A DNA stretch of 62,967 nt, filler included, from Octopus bimaculoides (Eukaryota), in NCBI RefSeq assembly GCF_001194135.2. It is 3 parts of 3 records of this genome, joined end to end, with 100 filler letters (N's around TTAATTAATTAA, not from the genome) between each part and the next. Parts side by side here need not be neighbours in the genome. Positions count along the whole stretch, not along the records: positions 1 to 30,015 come from NC_069001.1; 2 more parts are not named here. One strand, 5' to 3'. This document shows, in pieces, positions 14,659 to 29,467 of this stretch. The translations under genes and the position numbers were made by a program. The notes beneath the pieces were generated by a model that did not search any database, was not told where the DNA came from, and worked only from the letters and a program-made list of their open reading frames with translations. Each line of letters starts with the position of its first letter. The first letter of the stretch is position 1.

Positions 14659-15034
14659 TCTATCTATATAATTATATATATATATATATATGTATTTATG
14701 ATATATGATATATGTGGGTACAATTTAAATGTATATGTAGTATATAACACATACACAAACATACACACATAGATAGACAGATAGATAGATGGATAGATAA
14801 CGTACACTCACACAAGCACACACACACACACATGTATATGTATATAAACATTTAGAAATATAAGTGTTGAATTATATGAATTATATAGATAGAAATCAAT
14901 ATAATAAATCATTGATATATTTGCCGATATGTTTGAAATATTTGAAGGTCTAGGGTGATTTAGAATGAAGGTAAAGGAGTTAAGTGTGGGATGGATATAT
15001 ATATATATATGTGTGTGTGTGTATGCATGGATAT

Positions 15035-15083
<49 letters not shown>

Positions 15084-15165
15084 TTGTTTGAGTTATTGTT
15101 TGTTTTGTTGTAAGCTTATTGTTATTGCTTTTGCTGTTTGTAGTATCATTATTTTTATTATTGTT

Positions 15166-15605
15166 AAGGCGGCGAATCTGGCAGAACCGTTAGCACGCTG
15201 GACAAAATGCTTAGCTACGTTCTGAGTTCAAATTCCGTCAGGATCGACTTTGCCGTGCATTCTATCGGGGTCAATAAATGAAGTACCAGTTAAACACTGG
15301 GGTTCGATGTAATCGACTTATCCCCTCCCCCCAAAATAACTGCCATTGTGGCAAAATTTGAAACCATTATTATTATTTTTATTATTTATTGAAGCGGCGA
15401 GCTGGCAGAAACGTTAGCACGCCGGGCGTAATGTTTAGCGGTGTTTCGTATGCCGCTACGTTCTGAGTTCAAATTCCGCCGAGGTCGACTTTGCCTTTCA
15501 TCCTTTCGGGGTCGATAAAATAAGTACCAGTTGCGTACTGGTGACGATGTAATCGACTTAGCCACCTCATCCGAACTTGCTGGCCTTGTGCCAAAATTTG
15601 AAACC
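15166..15605 (+). mobile_element. Two tandem SINE A copies with the AAAATTTGAAACC tail, separated by (ATT)n
   Basis: Heads at 15166 and 15391. Both end TTGTG..CAAAATTTGAAACC. Confidence 0.85.
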
Positions 15606-16118
15606 AATATCAGTAACAACAAACAAGACAATGAACATAATCGATCTCGACTATTTCTTGAAAGATTATCTTACAGTGCATTTGGTTTCATCTTATTAGT
15701 CAGGGATCTCCTGTGTTTAAAAACCGAACAGAATGTACAATTTAATCATCTTTTGATTTTTTTTTCTNNNNNNNNNNNNNNNNNNNNNNNNNNNNNNNNN
15801 NNNNNNNNNNNNNNNNNNNNNNNNNNNNNNNNNNNNNNNNNNNNNNNNNNNNNNNNNNNNNNNNNNNNNNNNNNNNNNNNNNNNNNNNNNNNNNNNNNNN
15901 NNNNNNNNNNNNNNNNNNNNNNNNNNNNNNNNNNNNNNNNNNNNNNNNNNNNNNNNNNNNNNNNNNNNNNNNNNNNNNNNNNNNNNNNNNNNNNNNNNNN
16001 NNNNNNNNNNNNNNNNNNNNNNNNNNNNNNNNNNNNNNNNNNNNNNNNNNNNNNNNNNNNNNNNNNNNNNNNNNNNNNNNNNNNNNNNNNNNNNNNNNNN
16101 NNNNNNNNNCTTTCCTTG

Positions 16119-16462
16119 TCTTTTCTACTCAAGGCATAAGGCCTGAAATTTTGGGGGAAAGGCCCAGTCGATTTGTTCGACCCCAGTACGCAACTTGTAC
16201 TTAATTTATCGACCCCGAAAGGATGAAAGGCAAAGTCGACCTTGGCTGAATTTGAACTCAGAACGTAACGGCAGACGAAATACCGCCCGGCGTGCTAACG
16301 TTTCTGCCAGCTCGCCGCCTTTCGGCTCTTTCAGTTTCTGCCTACCAAATCCACTCACAAGGCTTTGGTCGGCCTGAGGTTGTACTAGAAGACACATGCC
16401 CAAGGTGCCATGCAGTGGGACTGAACTCGGAACCATGTGGTTGGGAAGCAAGTTTCTTACCA
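16119..16462 (-). mobile_element. SINE A (16119-16320) abutting a SINE B 5' half (16321-16462)
   Basis: Both families are recognisable by their shared motifs and join directly. Confidence 0.8.
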
Positions 16463-17315
16463 CATATCCACGCCTTCGCGTCACGGAGAATTGCAAATTG
16501 GTAGAATTAGATTAAAAAAAGCCAAAACAGAACGTCTGAGATTTCTAGCCTAAGAAGTGACCATATAAAACGCTGTCACAGAAACTTTAAAGTACATGAT
16601 GTAAAGTACATAATATCGAGTACAGGATGGCTGACAAAAATAATATTGAATGAGGTCTGAACCAGTAAATCAATTTTTTATTCTCTAAAAAAACATCAAC
16701 GAAGTAACAAAGCAAGAACTTGCACGCAGCCTTCCTAAACTGCACATCGGTGCCAGTGTTCGCAATGATGTTGTTATGTTCGTGTGATATTTAATCATGA
16801 TGTCTGTCCTCTTGGGGATTGGTCTCTTTTGAGACACAGATAATGAATATTAGCGAAATATAAAGTCGACCATGGAGTTTTGGTCTTTAACGCGCCTTAC
16901 ATTTGTGCGGTAGCGTATATTTAGTCGAGCTTCAATAAATGTATTTTATCAAGTGTGTGTGTGTGTGTGTGTATATGTATGTTTTTGTATGATTATGTGA
17001 GTGTGTGCGTCCTTGTGTGTGTGTGTGTCTGTGAGTGTTTTATAACTCTCTCAGTATATATATTTGTGTGTATGCATAATTTTATGTAAATATACATACA
17101 TACATACATACATATACATATATGCATGGATATATATATCCCTACGTATATGTATATATGTGTGTATATACATATATAAGTATGTATGTATATATAGATG
17201 TGTATGTATATCTATGTGTGTGTGCATGTATATCCATATATATACGTTTATACATATAATATATATATATATGCATACATACATATATACATGTATCTCT
17301 TTCTCTCTCTCTCTT

Positions 17316-17431
<116 letters not shown>

Positions 17432-18565
17432 CATACATACGTATATGTATCTATCTATCTATCCTCGCCCCCTCTCTTCGATATATATATACATACATAC
17501 ATACACATATTTGTATATATAGATTTACACGCACACACATTCACACACATATACATGCACCCATACATATAGTCTTACGCAGACGTGTTTCTATATGAAG
17601 CATAAGCTTGTACACTTTATTATTATTATTTTTTTTCTATGAATGATTACATTTCGGTGTTACACTCATATTTTCTATCTATATTTCTACGTCTGTTTGT
17701 CAGAACTTTCCATTTAGTGCCGAAAATTTGTTAAACGAATCTAAAAACAGCTGAGACCTGATCAATTAAGACGGCATAATAATGTTCGCTAATAATTAGG
17801 TGTTCTTTATTTCAAACTTTTGTTTGTTCCTGTTATTGCTGTTGTTGCTGGCGTTGTTTTCGTTATTGGTGTTCAGTGAAGTCGTTGTTGTTATTAATGG
17901 TGTCGGTGGTGTTGTTTATCTCTTAGATTTACTTATTAAAAGCAACCGCTTCAACCAGATATCGATGTGACGGCCAAACCCATTGGTCGAGGACAATGCA
18001 GTTAAAAGCGTTTTATCTTCATCCGAGAAAGCGAGCCGTCATTCCTAAACGTCACCATTGAAATGTAATCTTCCCCGCCATTTTTTTTCTTTATTATATT
18101 GCTTTTTGTGTGGAAAGATGGGTAGTGGGGGTTCGTGTATGTGTGCCTGTGTGTGCGTGCGTAAGTGGGATACAATGAGAGAGAGAGAAGGAAGTTTGAA
18201 TGCGAGGTATGTATTTCTGTATGTAAAATTTATGAATATGTATATGTATACGTGTACCTACATATTCACACACGAGCATGCATATATGTACACACGTGTA
18301 TATATATATATACACGCATATACATATGTATACATGCATATGTATAAATATATAAATAGACACACACACACACATATACTGTTGTAGGCAAAATTTTGGA
18401 ACATTTAAAAAAAAATTAAAATTGTTCCGTCCAATATACGCTCCGATCAAATATAACCTTGGGCATTTATTATGAACGTAACGGCAGACGAAATACCGCT
18501 AAGCATTTCACCCGACGTGCTAACATTTCTGCCAGCTCGCCGCCTTATGTGTATTCGTGTATTGT

Positions 18566-18945
18566 GAGGCGCAGGAGTGGCTGTATGGTAAGAAGGTTGC
18601 TTCCCAATCGCATGGTTCCGGCTTCAGTTCCACTGCATGGCACCTTGGGCAATTGTCTTCTTCCATAGCCTCGGCCGACCAAAGCCTTGTGAGTGGATTT
18701 GGTTGACGGAAACTGAAAGAGTCCTGTCTTATATATCTATATACGTGTGTATGTGTTTATCCCCACACCATCACTTGACAACCGATGTTGGTGTGTTCAC
18801 GTCCCCGTAAATTACTGGTTGGGCAAAGATACCGATAAAATAATTACTAGGATTACAAAAAATAAGTTCAGAGGTCGATATGTTCGACTACAGGTGGTGC
18901 TCCGGCATGGCCGCAGTTAAATGACATAAACACGTAAAAGAATAT
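18566..18945 (+). mobile_element. SINE family B, near full length
   Basis: Head AGGCGCAGGAGTGGCTGTATGG (A-box-like), GGCTTCAGTTCC (B-box-like), core GCACCTTGGGCAA, internal (TA/TG) spacer, and tail GCATGGCCGCAGTTAAATGAC..AAAC..GTAAAAGA. Confidence 0.85.
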
Positions 18946-19325
18946 AGTATTGCATGTACACACACGCACACAAACACACACATGCACATAGTAATTAATT
19001 GCATATGAGACGCATATTCAGATAATATATGCAGAGTTGCTTTGAATGTGCTTTAATAAACTAAAAAAAAAATTGTTCTTGAACGTACGTTGATGAAATT
19101 ATGCTCCTACGTCTTGTATAACACTAAATATGGAGTACACGCACACAGACGCAAATATATATATATATATATATATAGTGAAAAATATGTCGTAGATGTT
19201 ACATTTCTCAACGTATTAACCCGAGGAAAGAACGAATATAACTTGGATAAATTCATATTTCTGCATGATATAAATAGAAACGTAGATATAGCTTAGAGTC
19301 TTTGACACGAGTAAAGTAAGTCATG

Positions 19326-19371
<46 letters not shown>

Positions 19372-19488
19372 TAAGTTTGAAGGAAACTTACTATAAAACA
19401 GATATTAATTTTCAAGTTCTTTTTTTGTTTTGTTGTTTCTTTGAAGACTTCTTTATAGTATAGTTTTTAAATTTGTGTCAATTTTAAA

Positions 19489-20090
19489 ATGAGTTTTGAA
19501 CAAATCCGTATCAAACACTGAACTGCATTTTTCATGAATTTAAAACAAAATGTGATGGGGAGAACTGTAGCAACAGTACCGGCAAGAAATGTTTGTTCTG
19601 TGTAAGGAAATGAAGCTTTAAAGTGTTCGGATATAGTTACGCCAGTTTCGGTCCGAGAATTTTCCTCTTGTAGACTCTCCTCCATTTGGATGACCAATTT
19701 CTGTCAATATTGAGCTTCTGGAAACTGTATCTAAGAGAAATTCATAACAAACTGCACGACAATTAGCAAAACAGTTAAATGCAAGTCACACTTCGATCCT
19801 AAAATACTTTCACAAACTAGGAAAACAATGTCCATATGTTGTCAGTGGATTCTTCATTCTCTGACTGCTTTTCATTTTTAATCAGTTTATTACTTTTCGT
19901 TGCAAGTTATACTGAAGAAAGTGCAAGAATTCCTGAAATATGCACCTACACCCATTACCTATTTTTCCATCTTCAATCACATTGTTTACATTAAACGTAT
20001 TCGGATACGAAACCTCGTAACAAATCAGTACTGGCTAAAATTTCTATTGAAAATCTGTAGAGATAACCTTAAAAAATGATTTAATAGCAC
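19489..20090 (+). mobile_element. Degenerate mariner transposase remnant
   Basis: The translation, with frameshifts and stops, gives ARNVCSV*GNEAL..., G*PISVNIELLETV..., TARQLAKQLNASHTSILKYFHKLGK...W..HSL and HYLFFHLQSH. These resemble the mariner HTH, WVPHEL and DYHLF motifs. Confidence 0.6.
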
Positions 20091-21827
20091 CACTAACACA
20101 GTAGGACACAGTATTGACTTATAAAACGTTTAATTTACTTTGCAATATATCATAGTTGCATAGGGAAATAAGGTGTCCCTACAAGTTATTAGCATGTATG
20201 TACTAGGTACGTGAGTGAAGTTAGCACCATCGAATCCCGTCGGATGGACTGGACTGCTATTCAGAATTCAAAAGCTCAGTCTTGCCATACTCAGCGCCAA
20301 GCAGATTCTATTTAAGGATTGCATTAAGGTTACACATGTTTGCAGGACATTCAGTTCAATAAATATTAGCTCAATCAATAGGGAGCTCTGCCGCTCGATC
20401 AGTTGATATAATCATCGTGTAAAGCAACGAGAATCGAATTACGCTTTACCTGGGTATAAAGCATGAGTGTATATGTGTGTTTGTTGGAAGGTAAATTTTA
20501 ATAATAGGGTTTCCTATTTTTTCTATGTGAATCCAGGGAGTGAGTACAGCATTTGTGGTTATGAATACAATGCATGTAGTTATGAATTGTGGGGGTAACC
20601 AGATTACGAATATGTTTATATGTGCATGTGTGTGTTTGTGTACAAATACACACATATATACACGCATAAATGTAACTTAATACGTATGCGTGCGTTTGAG
20701 TTCTGTTACGTTCAATTTTGTGTATAATGAAATACATGCACACACGCACATCCACACAAACTTACACATCTATAAATGTATGTACACACACATGTGCATA
20801 TAAAAGTTTGAATGTGTGTGTGTGTGTGTGTGTGTGTGTATGCATATATACATACATACATGCATGCATGCATATAGATTTATGTACGTTTATATAAGCA
20901 TATATATTTGCATACTTGCATTTAGACGTCAGTGCTTAGGTGTGTTTGTGTGTGTGCGTACATGTATACCTGTATAAATTTGCATATTAATCTGTAAATA
21001 TCTATAGGTGTATGTATGTATGTATGTATATATATATATATATATATATGCATATTCACGTGTCAACATAAATTTATATATACAGGCACATACAAATGTA
21101 TGTATATAGACACACACATATGTACCCACACATATATGTACCCACACACATATTTAAATATATATATATATACCTGCATATATGTTTGTGTGTGTGTGTG
21201 TGTGTGTGTGCGTGTGCATAAGACTGCGTATATGCTTTGCAAGTGCGTGGATGTGTGTTTGTATGTATGTATGTATGTATGTATGTCTTTATGTACGTGT
21301 CTGTAGGTGTTAATGGTTGCTGGCTTCACTTTTCAAGCAGAAAATTGAATGTGCGGTGTAAGGTAGAAATTTATTTCAAATTTTAATGTTAAAACTTCGT
21401 CACTGTTGTTGTTATTGTTGTCGTCACTGTTTTATCATTAGTTGTTAATTTTGTTGGTATTGTTGCTAATGCTCATTTCATCGCTGTTTTGTTGTTGACG
21501 ATGATTGTTGGTTGGTGATTTTTTTTTACGTTATTTTCTTTTTTTTTTTTTTTCGTTTATTAGTTTCGCTTTAAATTGTTCATGTAGATTTGAACTTTCC
21601 ACTAATATGCATCCATTTGGAAGTGATCACACATAAGGAAGTGGCAGTCGTAGGGAGGGAGAGATAAGGAGAGATAGTAAATTAGAGAGAGAAAGAGTGA
21701 GAATGACAGACGGTGAGAGAGAGAGAGTAGGTGCAATTTTAGGTGAGAAATGTGCTCATATATATGTGTGTGTGTGTGTGCGTGTGCGTGTGTGTGTGTG
21801 CGTATGTGTATATGTATGTGTGCGTAG

Positions 21828-21863
<36 letters not shown>

Positions 21864-22296
21864 CGAAGGCTGAAATTTAGTGTATATCTGCCTAAAAATT
21901 TTAAAAAGAAACACACATACATAATTTTTACACGCACACACACACGCNNNNNNNNNNNNNNNNNNNNNNNNNNNNNNNNNNNNNNNNNNNNNNNNNNNNN
22001 NNNNNNNNNNNNNNNNNNNNNNNNNNNNNNNNNNNNNNNNNNNNNNNNNNNNNNNNNNNNNNNNNNNNNNNNNNNNNNNNNNNNNNNNNNNNNNNNNNNN
22101 NNNNNNNNNNNNNNNNNNNNNNNNNNNNNNNNNNNNNNNNNNNNNNNNNNNNNNNNNNNNNNNNNNNNNNNNNNNNNNNNNNNNNNNNNNNNNNNNNNNN
22201 NNNNNNNNNNNNNNNNNNNNNNNNNNNNNNNNNNNNNNNNNNNNNNNNNNNNNNNNNNNNNNNNNNNNNNNNNNNNNNNNNNNNNNNNNNNNNNNN

Positions 22297-22330
<34 letters not shown>

Positions 22331-22406
22331 TACACACATACAGGTAGCAAGTTAAACAGATTTGAACCAGGTAAAGGAGCAACGCGTACACGTACACACA
22401 GATGAA

Positions 22407-22450
<44 letters not shown>

Positions 22451-23636
22451 CAAAAGGGCAGAAGAGAGAGGGGTATGTCGAGCGAATCCTAAATTTAACC
22501 CTCATCAATTTAAACGAGTGGGGGGATGAAAGGGCGAACCATTGTCCAGTTTTTATCTTGTAACTATTCAACATATTAGCAGTTGGTTCAGTTAATCTGA
22601 TTTCACACAAGGAAACATGTCACTCGACTGTAATCGTCGCCATTCTAGAATATCTTTTATTAAAATTTTATTCCTGATCACGAAATATTTCCTCGTAGTT
22701 TTTAGACCGGACTTCTGAATCAAGAAGTTGGTTTTCTTTCTTTGTTTCTTTCTTTCTTTCTCTCTTTCTTTCTTGCGCCTGTTTGTCTGTCCGTCTGTCT
22801 CTCTGATTATCTGACTTTTTTTTCTTTCGATCGTTCTTTCGTTGATTTTTTTTCCTTTAATTTCTTCCTTCCTCCTTTCTGTTTGTGTGCCTGCCTGTTT
22901 GTCTCTCCATCTTTCTTTCTTTCTTTCTTTCTTTTCGTTCTTTCTTCCTCTCTCTTTCTTCCTCTCTCTTTCTTCCAATTCTATTTTCATTTTATTCTTT
23001 ATTCATATCTCTCTAATAAGCAATCTCATTCTCTCTTTATTTCTATTGTTCTTCGTTTTCTTTTTTCAGTCATTTAGCCGAATCGTATGAACGTCAGATT
23101 GATTGCTTTGCGTCATTCATTCCGGTTCCCTGTGATCCGCGTTCAAGTAACACCGATAACAATACTTCTTGTCTTTTCATGGGCATAAGGCGACATTCGT
23201 ACGCACGGTGTTTCGACTAAGGGGACACAATGATGTCGAAACAATGGATGTCGTAAAGATTCCTTATGCTAATGATTTACATGTGTTACGAAAGACATTA
23301 GCCTTAAAGGTGAAGTGGTTCTTCAATAACAAGATGCACCAGCGATACGCGTGTTCACGTTCGAATCTGTTGAATAGAATTAAGGGTGAATTTGTAAATC
23401 ATTTTATTTCTACGTACTGATGTATCTCACGCAACATAGCAGTGGTCTAGTACCAGGGACTGTATTGTCTTAAAAAGGATATTTTGGTGCTGGGATTTTT
23501 GGGAATTAAAACTAGGGTTTCCGAGGGTTTCCTTACAGTTCATATCATCCATTAAAATCTCAGCTTTTCCTTATTTCATCATTTTTACATTCTTTTCATT
23601 TTTCGCATTCATTTCTCATTTGTTACTTTATATGTA

Positions 23637-23744
<108 letters not shown>

Positions 23745-23753
23745 CATATATAT

Positions 23754-23820
<67 letters not shown>

Positions 23821-24329
23821 TATACATACACACTTATGTATAAATATTTTACTTTTTTCAGTCATTTGATTTCGGCCATGCTGGAGAACCGCCTTTAGTA
23901 GAAATATATTTATTTTCATACATCTTTTATCATGTATTTTTCGCTTGTTTGTCGTTAGACTGCGGACATGCTGGAGCATGCATTGAGGAATATTAGTCGA
24001 ACGAATCGTACGCATACATATATACACATATATATGCATGCATGTATATGTACAAGTATACATACGCATGCACGAAAAACCATCCACTTATATATACTCG
24101 CACATTCAATTTTGCTACTAGAATGTGCTAAGTTAATTATGAGAAATGAACAATAAATACGTGACGGAGGGTTGGGTGAGTATACCGTAGAGACGTAATC
24201 GTTGAAATGGAAGGTTTTACATCATTAGCTATGATAACTTTAGCCCTCTTCCTTTCTCTCCCTCTCTAAAACACACGCGCGCGCACACACGTATAAATGT
24301 AATATGTATATAAATGCGAATGTATATAT

Positions 24330-24365
<36 letters not shown>

Positions 24366-24419
24366 CAAATACATACATACACACACACACATACTGACAC
24401 ATATATCATATATCATACG

Positions 24420-24452
<33 letters not shown>

Positions 24453-24555
24453 CATATATATACATTTATATATATGAATGTGTATGCGTACACACACACA
24501 CATATATACATATTTATGTGTGTGTGTATATATATATGCATTTATGTATATAAAG

Positions 24556-24586
<31 letters not shown>

Positions 24587-24604
24587 CATGCATATCTTTG
24601 TATG

Positions 24605-24654
<50 letters not shown>

Positions 24655-25537
24655 NNNNNNNNNNNNNNNNNNNNNNNNNNNNNNNNNNNNNNNNNNNNNN
24701 NNNNNNNNNNNNNNNNNNNNNNNNNNNNNNNNNNNNNNNNNNNNNNNNNNNNNNNNNNNNNNNNNNNNNNNNNNNNNNNNNNNNNNNNNNNNNNNNNNNN
24801 NNNNNNNNNNNNNNNNNNNNNNNNNNNNNNNNNNNNNNNNNNNNNNNNNNNNNNNNNNNNNNNNNNNNNNNNNNNNNNNNNNNNNNNNNNNNNNNNNNNN
24901 NNNNNNNNNNNNNNNNNNNNNNNNNNNNNNNNNNNNNNNNNNNNNNNNNNNNNNNNNNNNNNNNNNNNNNNNNNNNNNNNNNNNNNNNNNNNNNNNNNNN
25001 NNNNNNNNNNNNNNNNNNNNNNNNNNNNNNNNNNNNNNNNNNNNNNNNNNNNNNNNNNNNNNNNNNNNNNNNNNNNNNNNNNNNNNNNNNNNNNNNNNNN
25101 NNNNNNNNNNNNNNNNNNNNNNNNNNNNNNNNNNNNNNNNNNNNNNNNNNNNNNNNNNNNNNNNNNNNNNNNNNNNNNNNNNNNNNNNNNNNNNNNNNNN
25201 NNNNNNNNNNNNNNNNNNNNNNNNNNNNNNNNNNNNNNNNNNNNNNNNNNNNNNNNNNNNNNNNNNNNNNNNNNNNNNNNNNNNNNNNNNNNNNNNNNNN
25301 NNNNNNNNNNNNNNNNNNNNNNNNNNNNNNNNNNNNNNNTATATAGATAGATAGATACATATCTATCTATCTATATATATATATATATATATATATATAG
25401 ATAGATACATATCTATCTATATATATATACATAAATAGATATAGATACATGATTATATATATATTTGTGTGTGTATACCCATATATATACATACACACAC
25501 ACACACACACATATGTGTATGTATGTATCTGTATATA

Positions 25538-25571
<34 letters not shown>

Positions 25572-25699
25572 GATAGATACATATCTATCTATATATATAT
25601 ACATAAATATAGATACATGATTATATATATATTTGTGTGTGTATACCCATATATATACACATACACACACACATATGTGTATGTATGTATATGTATATA

Positions 25700-25739
<40 letters not shown>

Positions 25740-25749
25740 NNNNNNNNNN

Positions 25750-25805
<56 letters not shown>

Positions 25806-26478
25806 AAAAGAAGGGTTTGTAAAAAAATATGCATTGTAATGTCAGTATATGTTTGTATAACTGACGAGCATGTGCAAAAGAATAAGAAAATTGTTTAGCG
25901 TTCATGTGGTCCGGGTTTCGATTCCACTTGCCGTGCTTTACGTAAATGTAATCACATAGCCTCGAATCGACCAAAATCTTATAAATAACATTGGTTCGTT
26001 GGAAACTAGGAAACTATCTGAAGGCCCGTCGTGTGACTTATATCACGTTTTCTGTCTTGTACCCTTGTCACATAGAATAATACGTAGAATCTATGTAAGG
26101 GTTAAATTAATAGTACAAGGTTGGTATGCTGAGCCACTAAAAATTTTATAAGTATAATCTTAATTTTAAGAGATGGTGGTTCCTTTTGTTAGTGTCAGGA
26201 TTACGTATTTGTTACATATCCTTCCAGAATCCTTAGATTTTTACACTCAAATACGATAAAACCTGTATTACATTGTCATTTAGTACACTCTGTATTACAA
26301 TAACTGGTGTTGTTCCACACAGCTTATTTATATCAACACAAACTACGCATATAGGCACAGACATGGGTGTGTGGTAAGAAGTTAGCTTCCTACCTACATG
26401 ATCACGGGTTCAGTCCCACTGTGTGGCACCAAACCATTCTGAGTTGATTTGTAGATGAAAATTGAAAGAAGCCTGTTG

Positions 26479-26531
<53 letters not shown>

Positions 26532-26551
26532 NNNNNNNNNNTGGTAAGAAG

Positions 26552-26757
26552 CTTGCTTCCCGACCACATAGTTCCGTGTTCAGTCACCCTGCGTGGTACC
26601 TTGGGCAAGTATCTTCTACAATAACCTCGGGCCGACCAAAGCCTTGTGAGTGGATTTGGTTGACGGAAACTGAAAAAAGCCCGTCATATATATATATATA
26701 TATGTATGTATATATATTGTGTGTGTGTGTTTGTCTCCCCAACATCGCTTGACAAAA
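26552..26757 (+). mobile_element. SINE family B partial
   Basis: GGTACCTTGGGCAAGTATCTTC...GGCCGACCAAAGCCTTGTGAGTGGATTTGG. Confidence 0.75.
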
Positions 26758-26911
26758 GTAAAAATCTATAACAGATGTGAAGACAATGTTGTGCAGTGAA
26801 CAGAGTACACTGTAGATTTTAGTCAAGTACAATTACGTTCTGAGTTCAAATCCCACCAATGTGAAATTTGCTTGTATTTATTCCTTAATGAAATAAAGAA
26901 GTACCATTCTT

Positions 26912-27330
26912 TTCTTTTCTACACTAAGCACAAGGACCGAAATTTTGTGGGACGGGGCCAGTCGATTAGATCGACCCAGTGCTTGACTGATACTTAATTT
27001 ATCGACCCCGAAAGAATGAAAGGTAAAGTCGACCTCTGCGGAATTTGAACTCAGAACGTAGCGGCAGACGAAATACCGTTAAGCATTTCGCCCGGCGTGT
27101 TAACGCTTCTACCAGCTCACCGCCTCAGTAAAATTTATTTTCTACTCTACTCCCAAGGCCCGAAATTTTGGGGGAGGGGCGCCAGTCGATTAGATTGAAC
27201 CCAGTACGCAACTGGTACTTAATTTATCGACCCCGAAAGGATGAAAGGTAAAGTCGACTTCGGCGGAATTTGAACTCAGAACATAAGGACAGACGAAATA
27301 CAGCAAAGCATTCTGCCAGCTCGCCGCCTT
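26912..27330 (-). mobile_element. Two tandem SINE A copies
   Basis: Copies at 26912-27126 and 27135-27330, each with tail, body and head. CpGs are intact. Confidence 0.85.
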
Positions 27331-27941
27331 AATAAACATTGAAAACGTGAATCAGTTGCACTCTTCATTCAGAATTTATCGCTGTGAACCAAGTTTAAAA
27401 ATTATTGCGGTTCCCATAAAGTCAGTATGAACAAAAAAAAAAAAAAAAAAACTTCCTGATTTTATCAAGATTTGAAAGGTTCGATATGTAAATTATGGTT
27501 GGGAAATAACAACGAAATTGAAGAATCTAAGAGAAATATCGAACAAGGACGGAATAAGAAATGTATTCTTGGTAGTGAGGAAAATGTCAGTCACTATGTT
27601 TACATTTCTTTAAAACATATTGTTTAGGTTAGAATATAGATTTATGTAAATGTGAGTTTAGATAAGAGATATTCCAATGAAATATTTCTTTTCATATTTT
27701 CTCATCATGACTTGATTCTTGTTCTTGTTCTTGTTGTTTTTCTTCTTGTGACCACTGAAGATTTGCATTCAAAGAATTTCGACGCACGCCCCAGCCTAGA
27801 CCCAGACGCAAACTCCCACTGACCCGCCTACCCAAACACACACACATACATACATACATACATACATACATACATAAATACGCATCCACACATCCGAGAT
27901 AAAAGGAAGTGAATGTGTGTGTACGTGTGTGTCCATGCACG

Positions 27942-27978
<37 letters not shown>

Positions 27979-28335
27979 NNNNNNNNNNNNNNNNNNNNNN
28001 NNNNNNNNNNNNNNNNNNNNNNNNNNNNNNNNNNNNNNNNNNNNNNNNNNNNNNNNNNNNNNNNNNNNNNNNNNNNNNNNNNNNNNNNNNNNNNNNNNNN
28101 NNNNNNNNNNNNNNNNNNNNNNNNNNNNNNNNNNNNNNNNNNNNNNNNNNNNNNNNNNNNNNNNNNNNNNNNNNNNNNNNNNNNNNNNNNNNNNNNNNNN
28201 NNNNNNNNNNNNNNNNNNNNNNNNNNNNNNNNNNNNNNNNNNNNNNNNNNNNNNNNNNNNNNNNNNNNNNNNNNNNNNNNNNNNNNNNNNNNNNNNNNNN
28301 NNNNNNNNNNNNNNNNNNNNNNNNNNNNNNNNNNN

Positions 28336-28382
<47 letters not shown>

Positions 28383-28399
28383 TATATATATACATATAT

Positions 28400-28512
28400 A
28401 CGACGGGCTTCTTTCAGTTTCCATCTACCAAATTCACTTACAAGGCTTTGGTCGGCCTGAAGCTATGGTAGAAGACACTTGCCCAAGTTGGCACGCAGTG
28501 GGACTGAACCCA
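28400..28512 (-). mobile_element. SINE family B partial
   Basis: CGACGGGCTTCTTTCAGTTTCC...GACACTTGCCCAAG...GCAGTGGGACTGAACCC. Confidence 0.75.
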
Positions 28513-28639
28513 GAGCAACTTTCTGCCGAATGACCTGCACAAATTATTTGTTTATAGGGATCAAAATTCGTGCCTCACATTTGCTTACTCTCTCCATGAA
28601 ATCGATGTTGTCTGAACAGGTGCACTAATGTGCCACGCG

Positions 28640-28895
28640 TCAGGTATCGAAGTGGTCACAAAGCAACGTGAGAAGAAGTCTCTTGCTGAAGAGCACAAAG
28701 CGCCACCCGGTCTCGGAATTGAAATCCCGATCGCTAGATCGTGAGTGCGACATATTCCACTCTCAGATTGACACCCATATTGCAGCAGTCCTTCAGTTTT
28801 TCTAATCCCTCTAAAAGAACTTGGATGGTAGGACCTCTAACCAGGCATTTAACGACACCCTTAGAGCCAGGAACTTTGCACCAGCCTCTCGTATA
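28640..28895 (-). mobile_element. Short mariner derivative (TIR-like end + transposase C-terminus) fused to a family C SINE fragment
   Basis: The minus strand reads TATACGAGAGGCTGGTGCAAAGTT (mariner-like TA+TIR), then LLEGLEKLKDCCNMGVNLRVEYV (like the mariner C-terminus), then a GGATTTCAATTCC...CTCTTCAGCAAGAGACTT SINE segment. Confidence 0.5.
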
Positions 28896-29435
28896 TATCC
28901 GTGCGCTACTAATCTTATTGGCCTCATAGCACCACTGAAGCGTGTCATGCAGCGTGTCAACATTTCCAGTTCTGATCACAGCTGATTGCCCCCGGGGAAG
29001 AGAAAAGGGAAGGAAGTGAGAAACAGACAGAAGAATCGATCGACAACTGAACTGGCACATCACTTATCGATCACAGAGATGACAAAAGGCGAAGAAAGAC
29101 ATGGTAGGATTCGATCTCAGTGCGTTGGAAGGTGGAATTTAAAACGAAAACCATTCTACAAATTATGCCTACCATTCTCGTTGGTTATATACATTCATAC
29201 ATGCACATATTCAGTCGAGTACATTCAAAGACACAAACAAGCAAGCACAAACACCCCGCGCGCACGCGTGCGCGCACACACACACGCACGCATACACTTG
29301 TTTATGCTTGTGTGTTCCAACGTAATTAAAGGCGTGTATACAAAGTTCTTAACATTGGCGTGTATGATATTTTTATTTACGATATCACATAATATAATAT
29401 ATATATGTGTGTATGTATGTATGCATGTATGAATG

Positions 29436-29467
<32 letters not shown>

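Noticed and set aside
25350-25738. ~170-bp duplicated TA/CA-rich unit between two gaps; similar duplication across the 10-N gap at 58520-58590
   Set aside because: Low-complexity sequence bounded by gaps. It is likely unmerged contig overlap or ordinary minisatellite.
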